Shown piece after piece: positions 56,084 through 64,000 of a stretch of DNA of 64,000 nucleotides. A program made the position numbers and the translations under genes. Positions within the stretch are counted from its first letter, which is position 1. Each line of letters starts with the position of its first letter. Under the pieces are notes generated by a model. The model was not told the origin of the DNA. It ran no database searches and saw nothing but the letters and a program-made list of their open reading frames with translations. The DNA comes from Armatimonadota bacterium (lineage in GTDB: Bacteria > Armatimonadota > SYMT01): assembly GCA_041690135.1 (NCBI GenBank), contig JAWLHY010000021.1, forward strand, positions 21,970-85,969, written 5' to 3'.

Positions 56084-59000
56084 ATGTTGCGGTCCCGTTC
56101 TATCTCCCATTTCGGTCCGGTGCTCGCCGTGCTCTGCGCCGGTGGTCTCGTCCTGACGCTCGGCCCGGCCCGGGCGGCTGTGGACGGCGACACGGTCACC
56201 ATTACGGACGAGCGGCTAGCCTCCGGGGTACCGTTGGGGGGAATCGGGACCGGCAAGGTCGATTTCCTCACCGACGGTTCTTTCGGTAACCTGACCCTGA
56301 ACAACAACTGGAGTCGCCCCGTCTCCGAGTTGCCCGCGAGCTTTTTCGCCGTCCGGACCCAGGTCCCGTCGGGCAGGAGCACGAAAACAGAGGCGCGCGT
56401 GCTGGCCCTCCGCTCCGCCTACGGCTTCCCCACCGTTTCCGGCGTGCGCTACCAGGGGCGCTTCCCCCAGGCACAGGTCCGCTTCACCCAGCCGGGGCTT
56501 CCCGTGGCCGTGGAGCTACAGGCAGCCTCCTCCCTCGTCCCCCACAACCTGAAGGACAGCAGCCTTCCCGCTGCTACCTTCAGCTTCACCCTTACCAACC
56601 CCGGCAAAACCCCGGTGGAGACCACCCTGGCCTTTTCCTGGGAGAACGTGCTCGGGTGTGGCGGGAATGCGAAAGGTGCCTGGCGCGACCGCACCGGCAA
56701 CGTGCAGGCGATCCAGGCGGCCGACGGGCGGATCGGTCTGGTCTTCTCGTCGACCCAGAAGGTCGAGGGCGAGCGCCTGGCCTCTTCCGGACAATACGCC
56801 GTCACCGCCGAAGCGGAAGGGGGCCGCGTCAGCACCCTTTCCTACTGGAATGCGGGCGGAAAAGGGGAGGACTTCTGGAAGTCTTTCTCCGGCCCGACCC
56901 TGTTTGGAGAGAAGCCGACGGTCCGACCCGGACGCGAGGGGATCTACCACCCGGCGGGCGTGGTCGCCGCTACCGTCGCCGTTCCGGCGGGCGGCAGTTC
57001 CCAGGTCCACTTCACCCTCGGCTGGAACATGCCGCACGTTCCCACCACTTCCGGCGCCGACCTGGGACACGCCTACACCAACCACTTCAAGGATGCCTGG
57101 TCCGCCGCCGTCTACGCTTCCCAATACCGGGACACGCTGCAGTCGGGATCGAACGAATGGCAGGACCTGCTACTGAAGTCCAGCCTACCGGTGTGGTTCA
57201 AGCAGAAGCTGGTCAACGACGCGTTTCCGCTGGTGAGCAACACGCTCTACACGAAGGACGGAAAGTTCGCGCTGTTGGAAACGCCCTCCGAGCCGGACCC
57301 GGCGTTCGGCGCGCTGGATCAGTGGCTCCTGACGCGCACGCTTCTGGCCAGCCTTTTCCCGAAGCTCGACGTGGAGGAACTGCGCCTCTTCACCCAGGCC
57401 CAGGCGGCATCCGGTGAGGTGCCGCGCATCACCGGTACGCTCGCCGGCGGCTTCGGGGGAGCCACGACGGAGGGCACTCCCAAGGCGGGAGCGGAAGGAC
57501 CGGGCGCCTCACGCCCGGACGCGGCCTGCAACTACATCCTGGCGGTCCTCCGGCAATACCGCTGGACCGGCGACGCCGATGCGATGAAGGCGGCTTACCC
57601 TGCCGTGGTCCGCGCCCTAAGCTGGCTGAAGAGCCAGGATACAGATGGGGACGGGCTTCCGGAAGGGACCACGGTGTGGCAGCAGACCGATCCGGGGACC
57701 TTCTCTTACACCGCAGGACTGTACCTGGCGGCCCTCCGCGCGGCCGACGTGCTGGCTACCGCCAATGCCGACCGCAAGGTGGAGGCGGAGGTCCGCGAGC
57801 AGTTCCGCGTCGCGCGCAACTCCGCCACCGCGCAACTCTGGAACGGGCGCTACTTCGCCCGGTACCTGGACCCGACGACGGGGCAGCGCTCTTCCAACCT
57901 GTTCGTGGGGTCCCTGGCGGGGGAATGGGCCGCGGAGTGGCTGGATCTGCCGGAGCTCCTCGATCGTCGGCAGACGGCGGTCGCCCTGGACAGCGCCCTC
58001 GATTTGCTCCCCCAGGCCGCCCGCATCCTCCCGCCTAATGAAGTCCATTACGGTGGGGGAACCGGCAACCAGCCGCTGGAAGCCGCCTGGGCCGGTGCCA
58101 TGGAGACGTATCTCGGAGCGCTCGGAATTGCCCGCCGCCATCCGGACGCGGGGATGGACGTGGTGCGGAAAGTTCACGCTGCCCAGTATTGGATCTCCCG
58201 GCGCCCCTGGGATGCCGCTCTCGCCTATCACCCCCGGACAGCGGAACGGAGTGGGGGAAGCTCGCACGCTACCACGCTCGCCTCGTGGAATGCCTACTCG
58301 GCGCTGACCGGGGTCACCCTGGACGAACCGGCCGGCAAGCTGGGGGTGTCGCCGAGCCTGCCGGCGGACCTGAACGGTCTGCACGCACCGTTGTTCGGCC
58401 CTCGCTACTGGGCGTGGATCGACTACGCTCGCAACCCCAACAACGCGGCGACGAACCTCCGCCTCAAGCTGATCAAGAAATTCGATGACCGGCCCGTCAT
58501 CCTGAATGCCCTCACCACCGCTGTCCCCGTGGGGACCAACCTGGACGACCTGATGGTCCTGGTGAGCGGTCCCGGCGGCATGGCCGAGGGCAAAACCGAG
58601 GTGGTCGAGGGCAAGCTACAGTTCACGTTCAAACTGCCCTACGAGTGGCGGCCGAACGAAACCCTCGAAATGACGGTGGTCCCGCCGGACGCGAACAACC
58701 TGGTGCTGTCGTTCAGCCCCAGCCGGGTCTGGAGCTACGGCTCGGTGGTTTCGGCCAAGGAGCTGCACCGGGAGCGGGAGATCCGGTTCGTGCTGGTGAA
58801 CCCGACCCGCGAGCGCCAGGTAGTCAACGTCCGATTCCGGGAGCCTTCGGACCGCAACTACGAGGTCTACCAGAACGGGACGAAGCTGTTCCGCTTCACC
58901 CCCGACACCCCCGTGGAACGATTGAGCGTGCTCGCGCCCGCCAGCCCGGTGCGATCGGACCGTGTGGATCGCCTGCGCGAGGCGGAAGCGCGCCTCCAGG

Positions 59001-60097
59001 CGGCGCGGGAACAGGCGAACCGCGAAGGTAAGGTAGCCGCACTCGAATCCCAGGTGGAAGCCGTTCAGAGCAAGCTGATCGCCGCCCTACGTGCCGACGA
59101 GCAGGCACGCTCGACCCAGATCGTGCTCAAGCCGGTAGGGAACCGCCTCTTCCGCACGAAGGTTCGGGAGAAGCCTCCCGTGGTTCCGACTTCCGACCCG
59201 GAACCGGCGGTGAGCGCAGCCGAAGATGCCCTGGCCGCGGCGCCCCAACAGGCTGAGTCGATCCAGGACGAGCGCGCGAAGGCCCTCTACCTGGGAGCGC
59301 TCTTCCCGGTGGACCTGCAGACCGCCGTCATCGGACGGGTAGAGGCTGGACAGACCGTCCGGCTGCGGGTCACGGCAAAGAACCACTCCCGCGAGCGGGT
59401 AAATGTAGCCGTGGGCCTCTCTTATCCCCGCGGATGGGAAGGCCCGGAGAACCCGCCGGTCCTGACGACAGCGCCCGGCGAAACCGAAGCGCTCGAAATT
59501 CCGTTAGTGCTGCCTGCGGACTTGCCCACGGCGAGACATCCCCTGGACGGGCGGGCCATCCTTACCGCGAAGGGTATCGCCTGGTCGCAGCCGGTGCGCC
59601 TGACGCTCGGTCGCGCCCATCTGCGCGACTGGTCGGTCATCGGGATTTGGGAGGCGGAACAGGGTCTCGGCACCAGCCTGCCGCCGGACCAGGAATTGGA
59701 CCCTACCAAGAGCTACGGCGGCCGGCGCTGGCAGGATCTCCTCTCAAAGACCGACCGGGTGGACCTCGCCGCACCTTTCGAGGATGAAGGGGCGGGCGTG
59801 GCTTACGCCGTGACCCAGGTCTTTTCGCCTACGGATCAGGACGCGACCCTGGAGTTGGGCGGGGACGGGCGCTACCTGGCCAAGGTCAATGGAGCGGTGG
59901 TGATGGAGCGCCGCGAGCCAGTGCCCGCCGAACCGGCGACCGACAAAGCGCCGATCCGCCTGCGCCAGGGCTGGAACACGGTCGTGCTCAAGCTCGAACG
60001 TCCCAAGGAAGAGAAGTGGGGATTCTACGCGGAGATCACCGACAAGGCCGGGCTGACCCCTTCCGGCATCCGCGCAAAGCCCGGGTTGGCGGAGTAG
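56084..60097 (+). CDS. Large secreted GH116-like glycoside hydrolase with C-terminal accessory domains
   Basis: Signal peptide; GVPLGGIGTG, S.LP...F, FSWEN, F..GW..P, LP.W....L.N, D.DGDGLP, LWNG.YF; C-terminal NEW3-like and W.VIG...YA...N..V...L..GWN...LK domains. Confidence 0.8.
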   Translation: MLRSRSISHFGPVLAVLCAGGLVLTLGPARAAVDGDTVTITDERLASGVPLGGIGTGKVDFLTDGSFGNLTLNNNWSRPVSELPASFFAVRTQVPSGRSTKTEARVLALRSAYGFPTVSGVRYQGRFPQAQVRFTQPGLPVAVELQAASSLVPHNLKDSSLPAATFSFTLTNPGKTPVETTLAFSWENVLGCGGNAKGAWRDRTGNVQAIQAADGRIGLVFSSTQKVEGERLASSGQYAVTAEAEGGRVSTLSYWNAGGKGEDFWKSFSGPTLFGEKPTVRPGREGIYHPAGVVAATVAVPAGGSSQVHFTLGWNMPHVPTTSGADLGHAYTNHFKDAWSAAVYASQYRDTLQSGSNEWQDLLLKSSLPVWFKQKLVNDAFPLVSNTLYTKDGKFALLETPSEPDPAFGALDQWLLTRTLLASLFPKLDVEELRLFTQAQAASGEVPRITGTLAGGFGGATTEGTPKAGAEGPGASRPDAACNYILAVLRQYRWTGDADAMKAAYPAVVRALSWLKSQDTDGDGLPEGTTVWQQTDPGTFSYTAGLYLAALRAADVLATANADRKVEAEVREQFRVARNSATAQLWNGRYFARYLDPTTGQRSSNLFVGSLAGEWAAEWLDLPELLDRRQTAVALDSALDLLPQAARILPPNEVHYGGGTGNQPLEAAWAGAMETYLGALGIARRHPDAGMDVVRKVHAAQYWISRRPWDAALAYHPRTAERSGGSSHATTLASWNAYSALTGVTLDEPAGKLGVSPSLPADLNGLHAPLFGPRYWAWIDYARNPNNAATNLRLKLIKKFDDRPVILNALTTAVPVGTNLDDLMVLVSGPGGMAEGKTEVVEGKLQFTFKLPYEWRPNETLEMTVVPPDANNLVLSFSPSRVWSYGSVVSAKELHREREIRFVLVNPTRERQVVNVRFREPSDRNYEVYQNGTKLFRFTPDTPVERLSVLAPASPVRSDRVDRLREAEARLQAAREQANREGKVAALESQVEAVQSKLIAALRADEQARSTQIVLKPVGNRLFRTKVREKPPVVPTSDPEPAVSAAEDALAAAPQQAESIQDERAKALYLGALFPVDLQTAVIGRVEAGQTVRLRVTAKNHSRERVNVAVGLSYPRGWEGPENPPVLTTAPGETEALEIPLVLPADLPTARHPLDGRAILTAKGIAWSQPVRLTLGRAHLRDWSVIGIWEAEQGLGTSLPPDQELDPTKSYGGRRWQDLLSKTDRVDLAAPFEDEGAGVAYAVTQVFSPTDQDATLELGGDGRYLAKVNGAVVMERREPVPAEPATDKAPIRLRQGWNTVVLKLERPKEEKWGFYAEITDKAGLTPSGIRAKPGLAE

Positions 60098-60204
60098 TCG
60101 CCGGTATTGCACGAGGAAGGACGGCGCAGGCACCTGCGGAGTCAAGATAAGCCACGCACAGAGGGTGCAAGAAGGGTATCCCGGGGCCGTAGCCGGGGCG
60201 CTCT

Positions 60205-60233
60205 TTGAACGGAAAAAGGCCGCGTGGTATAAT
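60205..60233 (+). promoter_or_regulatory. Near-consensus sigma70 promoter
   Basis: TTGAAC-N17-TATAAT with extended -10 TG. Confidence 0.75.
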
Positions 60234-60325
60234 CTTTACAAATCCTGAAACGGGATGTGGCTCCAGGTTCGCCTGGAAAAGCGTCCCGGTTGGCCCTCCG
60301 GTAGGGCGTTGTGGAGTTCCTCTAC

Positions 60326-60748
60326 ATGAAGTCGACCATCATCCGGTGCAACTGCGGCCACCGCATCGTCGCCAAGGACGTTCTCCAGCGCAGCTGGTAC
60401 GTCCGCGTGTTTGGCCCCAGTTTCATGTACCTGAAATACCGCTGCTCCCGCTGCAAGCGTCTGGGCGAGAAGTTCATCGAACAGGACAAGTGGGACGACA
60501 GCATCCTGCGCGACATCCCTTCGGAGATGTCCGTGGATGAAAAGAAGCGGTTCGACCGGCTGGGCAAGATTACGGTGGATGAAGAGATCGACTTCCATTT
60601 TGCTCTCGATCAGCCGGGAACCCTGACCCAACTGCGGGACGAGGAGCGGGCTCGCGAAGAGCAGCCCAAACCGGAACGGATGAAAGAAGAACGCATCAAG
60701 GGCGAAGGTCGCGTCAAGGGGGACGAGCGCCCGAAGAAGAAGTCGTAA
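60326..60748 (+). CDS. Small zinc-ribbon-like hypothetical protein
   Basis: CNCG ... CSRC cysteine pairs; own promoter and terminator; host codon usage. Confidence 0.8.
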   Translation: MKSTIIRCNCGHRIVAKDVLQRSWYVRVFGPSFMYLKYRCSRCKRLGEKFIEQDKWDDSILRDIPSEMSVDEKKRFDRLGKITVDEEIDFHFALDQPGTLTQLRDEERAREEQPKPERMKEERIKGEGRVKGDERPKKKS

Positions 60749-60776
60749 TCACGGATTACGATCACTCACCGAAAAC

Positions 60777-60816
60777 ACCAGAGGCCGGACCCACGGGTCC
60801 GGCCTCTGGTTTTTTT
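60777..60816 (+). terminator. Intrinsic terminator
   Basis: accagaggccggaccc/gggtccggcctctggt then ttttttt. Confidence 0.85.
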
Positions 60817-60819
60817 GGG

Positions 60820-60915
60820 CATTCAGGTATTCGGGTGTTCGGGTGTTGGGCAGTGGGCGTTGGGCAGTGGGCAGTGGGTGCTCGGGTGTTCGGGTGTTTG
60901 GGGGCTCGGGTGGTC
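60820..60915 (+). repeat. Short tandem 7-8-mer repeats (TCGGGTGT / TGGGCAG)
   Basis: ttcaggta ttcgggtg ttcgggtg ttgggcag tgggcgt tgggcag...; related tract at 61188-61245. Confidence 0.75.
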
Positions 60916-60997
60916 AAGCGTTCAGCGATCATGGACCAATGGTCCACTCACAGGGACGAAAACGCCGCGTCTTCAGTCCCAGCCGCTGTGAACCCTG

Positions 60998-61152
60998 GTC
61001 ATCCCGAGCCGCACCTGTTCCGTCGCCTGGGAGTAGCTTCCATGCGAGGGATCTTACCTGGACCCAGAACGCTGCCTGGAGCGTTTCCCGGCCGTCAATA
61101 CGGGCTCCGAGGTCAGGATCGCCAGGAGATCCTGACCTCCGTTCAGGATGAC
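60998..61152. mobile_element. Miniature palindromic repeat element (GTCATCC...GGATGAC ends), non-autonomous
   Basis: gtcatcccgagc..gcgagggatct left arm and agatcctga..tcaggatgac right arm. Confidence 0.5.
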
Positions 61153-61374
61153 ATGACCCTCTTGCCTGGGCGCCTTTTTTAGAGCAGGCGTTGGGCATTG
61201 AGCTTTGGGCATTGGACTTTGAGTGTTGGGTCGCCGGGTGGGTGGTTTACGTCCAGGCATTCGGCCCGCCGGTGGAGGGTTAACGTTCAGGGTGAGGGAG
61301 TTTCCGGTTCCCAGGATAACTGGCGAGGAAATGGGGGAGAGGCTGTCGTAGTTTAGGGGCGAGGTGAAGCGAGT

Positions 61375-62385
61375 ATGGACTACGTGAATTTGGGCCGGTC
61401 CGGGGTGAAGGTTTCCAGGCTTTGCCTGGGCACGATGATGTTCGGCGGCGCGACGGACGAGGCGGAGAGCATCCGGATCATACACCGGGCGCTCGACCTG
61501 GGAATCAACTTCGTCGACACGGCGAACATGTACAACGCCGGCGAGTCCGAGGTGGTCACCGGACGCGCGATCCGGGACCGCCGGGACGAAGTCGTTCTGG
61601 CGACGAAGGTGCGCCAGGTCATGGGTCCGGGACCGAACCAGCAGGGCTTGAGCCGCCCTCACATCCTGCGCGAGTGCGAGAAGAGCCTGCGGCGTCTCGG
61701 CACCGATCACATCGACGTGTACTACATGCACGCACCGGACCTCTCCACGCCCGTGGAAGAGTCCCTGCGCGCGATGGACGACCTGGTGCGGCAGGGCAAG
61801 GTCCGCTACATCGCCTGCAGCAACTACTACGCCTACCAGGTCGCCCAGATGCAGGGCATCGCGGCGCTGCGCAACCTGGAAAGCATCGCCTGCGTGCAGC
61901 CGCTCTACAACATCGTCAACCGCGAGATCGAGGTGGAACTGCTCCCGCTTTGCCACGAGCAGGGAATCGGGGTGGTGGTCTACAGCCCGCTGGCGCGCGG
62001 AGTGCTGACCGGCAAGTACACTCCCGGCCAGGCGCCGCCCGAAGGCAGCCGGGCCGCGCGCGGCGACAAGCGGATTCAGCAGACTGAGCTACGTGAAGAG
62101 AGCTACGTGGTCGCTCAGCAGCTTCGCCCCCTGGCGGAGCGGCACGGCTGCACCCTGGCCCAATTCGCGCTGGCATGGGCTCTGGCGAATCCGGTCATCA
62201 CGAGCGCCATCGTGGGGCCGCGGACCATGGAGCAGTTCGAAAGCAGCCTTCCGGCACTGGATGTGCACCTCACCGCCGAGGACGAGCAGGCCGTCGATGA
62301 GCTCGTTCCCCGGGGCTGGAAGACGGGTCGCGGCTTCAACGACCCGAATTACCCGGTGCGGGGTAGGCCGGTGAATGCCGGATAA
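61375..62385 (+). CDS. Aldo/keto reductase
   Basis: LG.SG.KVS.LCLGTM.FG, DTAN.Y, LATK, SL.RL.TD.ID.YY.H, GKVRYI..SN, YSPLA.G.LTGKY. Confidence 0.95.
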   Translation: MDYVNLGRSGVKVSRLCLGTMMFGGATDEAESIRIIHRALDLGINFVDTANMYNAGESEVVTGRAIRDRRDEVVLATKVRQVMGPGPNQQGLSRPHILRECEKSLRRLGTDHIDVYYMHAPDLSTPVEESLRAMDDLVRQGKVRYIACSNYYAYQVAQMQGIAALRNLESIACVQPLYNIVNREIEVELLPLCHEQGIGVVVYSPLARGVLTGKYTPGQAPPEGSRAARGDKRIQQTELREESYVVAQQLRPLAERHGCTLAQFALAWALANPVITSAIVGPRTMEQFESSLPALDVHLTAEDEQAVDELVPRGWKTGRGFNDPNYPVRGRPVNAG

Positions 62386-62393
62386 CCCGCCTA

Positions 62394-62422
62394 TTGACGG
62401 CGGTACGCGCACCTGCTACCAT
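62394..62422 (+). promoter_or_regulatory. sigma70 promoter for tRNA-Cys
   Basis: TTGACG-N17-TACCAT with extended -10 TG. Confidence 0.7.
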
Positions 62423-62479
62423 TAGACACCCCGGAGAGATCCGTCCCGACCCCAAAAACGGGAGTGGAAACCTGGGTGT

Positions 62480-62551
62480 GGCGGCGTAGCCAAGTGGCTA
62501 AGGCAGGAGTCTGCAAAACTCCCATCAGCGGTTCGATTCCGCTCGCCGCCT
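62480..62551 (+). tRNA. tRNA-Cys (GCA), CCA not encoded
   Basis: Acceptor GGCGGCG/CGCCGCC + U discriminator; D arm GCC..TGG..GGC; anticodon stem GGAGT/ACTCC with loop CTGCAAA; T arm AGCGG TTCGATT CCGCT. Confidence 0.97.
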
Positions 62552-62677
62552 TTTTGTTGTTTCTGCCTTAGCAGGGCCGCGGCGAAGCGGTGCTGGCGAA
62601 CGACAACGATGGCTCGGGTGAGACGCAGTTGGTCCGCTTCCGCGCCAAGTTCTAACGACTGTCCCGATCGCACCAAA

Positions 62678-62720
62678 ACACAAGAAGGGGCGAGCCGCGG
62701 TTGGCTCGCCCCTTCTTGTG
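62678..62720. terminator. Bidirectional terminator-like hairpin
   Basis: cacaagaaggggcgagcc/ggctcgccccttcttgtg. Confidence 0.7.
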
Positions 62721-62745
62721 TTCTGCGGTTCGCCGGAAATACGGA

Positions 62746-63270
62746 TCAGGAGTGCTCGTGTGCGGAGCGGACCTCGGTGGCCGCACGCGTGGAGACCCAG
62801 GGGCGCGGCTGCAGGGCGTCCGTCGCTTCCTTATGCAGCCGGATCCAGTGCGCAATCGTGCCGGTGATCATTGGATGCAACACCAGCATGAACGCGACAC
62901 AGACCTGGAGCTCCGCGAACATCTTAACGGGCAGGAGCATCGAGAGGAACAGGAACGCGAGCGCTCCCAGGGCTCCCATGGACGCCAGGTGCCGCCCGCG
63001 GATGCCAGGGGCGAGATAGCCGGCCACGGCACCACCGGCCCAGGCCGGGATCAAGGCGACGGCCAGCGAAGTGTAAACGAGGGCGTTGCCGGAGAGCTTG
63101 TGCACCGGAGTACCGGAAAGAAGCACGCATGCAACCGCCGCGGTGGCGACGATAGCCTGAACGCGCAAACCGGTCACGACGGCGTGAACGAGCTGCTTGC
63201 GGCGGCTCTTGCGAGCCTGGATATTCCGTAGGCGAGAGGTTGCCTGTTGAGGCATAGCTTGAAGGCTCAT
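62746..63270 (-). CDS. Hypothetical 4-TM membrane protein
   Basis: Four hydrophobic segments; ends just before the terminator hairpin. Confidence 0.6.
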   Translation of the reverse strand: MSLQAMPQQATSRLRNIQARKSRRKQLVHAVVTGLRVQAIVATAAVACVLLSGTPVHKLSGNALVYTSLAVALIPAWAGGAVAGYLAPGIRGRHLASMGALGALAFLFLSMLLPVKMFAELQVCVAFMLVLHPMITGTIAHWIRLHKEATDALQPRPWVSTRAATEVRSAHEHS

Positions 63271-63434
63271 GAGCGGAGGTGGGGCCCAGCTGCACCGTGC
63301 AGCCGGCGCCGAATCTATATATCGGTCACTCCCCGGCCCATGCTGGACTGCTAATCGGACGGCTGTTCCGGCGCACTCCCTGCAGCCAGGCCAGCGGTCC
63401 TTAAGCTCCTCTCGTTATACTGCAAACGACTTCG

Positions 63435-63560
63435 CAGGTGTTCAGGTGTTCGGGTGGTCAGGTGTTCGGGTGGTCGGGTGGTCGGGTGGTCAGGTGTTCG
63501 GGCCTTCAGACAATCCGAACTTTGGGTGTTCAGATGTTCTGGACTTCGGGCATTTAGGCA
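63435..63560 (+). repeat. Short tandem octamer repeats (CAGGTGTT / CGGGTGGT)
   Basis: caggtgtt caggtgtt cgggtggt caggtgtt cgggtggt cgggtggt cgggtggt caggtgtt; same family as 60820-60915. Confidence 0.8.
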
Positions 63561-64000
63561 ATGTTCTCCGCCGTCAATGCCACGAGCGATAGACCCGAAG
63601 CAACTTCCTCGAACGGGCATAAGCCTTTTGTCAAAGCTGGAAATGAACACGGTCGTCATGGCGAGAAGCGATACACTCGCAGCAACTTTCTCGGATCTGA
63701 TGAGCCTTCCGTCGAAGCGGTCAACTTCCTGAACCAGCACCCGTAAGCGACGTGGCCAGCCCCCTGTTCAGGGCAGCCTCTACAGACCACACCAGCCATG
63801 GCGGTGGTCACGTCCCTGACCTCCTAATCCTCATCCGAATCTCCACCTTAACCAAAAGCAGGGGGTGGGGGGGGGGGGTGGGGCCCCCCCCCCCCCCCCC
63901 CCCGCCGGAGGCAGGGCTTGGCAAGCTGAGGACAATCGCCGTCCGGAGGCCGGCTGCCACATTGAGGCTGCAGGGGGTAACGCCGGTGCCACTCAGGAGA

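Noticed and set aside
63269-63746. Short ORFs over the octamer tract
   Set aside because: Translations are repeat-derived (GWSG, PEHL) with no RBS or coding bias
63860-63905. Long G run followed by long C run (G-quadruplex or hairpin candidate)
   Set aside because: Homopolymers near the window end look like low-quality sequence or an assembly artefact; cannot be trusted without reads
62552-64000. Genomic island integrated at tRNA-Cys
   Set aside because: No integrase and no duplicated tRNA 3' end within the window

Overview
GC-rich bacterial chromosomal window with about 45 genes. The gene style (DUF1549/DUF1553 plus cytochrome c-WD40 pair, DUF1559/H-X9-DG prepilin-like gene beside a LacI regulator, sulfatases, copper-amine-oxidase N-terminal protein) suggests Armatimonadota or a similar PVC-like heterotroph; this is an inference. 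It holds a GldA/F/G-DUF4340-like ABC operon, many secreted hydrolases (two sulfatases, esterases, GH95-like, GH116-like), sugar-acid dehydrogenases, Uma2 and Rpn nucleases, an alpha-2-macroglobulin operon ending in VanW, an ECF sigma/anti-sigma pair and tRNA-Cys. No CRISPR array, prophage or intact IS element is visible. The most unusual items are: (1) three tandem 162-bp intergenic palindromic units with compensatory changes (34729-35214); (2) an AbrB-like + gamma-carbonic-anhydrase + CBM9-like single-chain fusion; (3) an A2M operon partnered with VanW instead of PBP1C; (4) a double degenerate NYN-like protein with four winged-helix repeats; (5) an Rpn gene with a clear internal RBS/ATG for an intragenic antitoxin; (6) five abutting 12-bp operator-like units before lacI. 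All family calls come from motif recognition by eye, not database searches.
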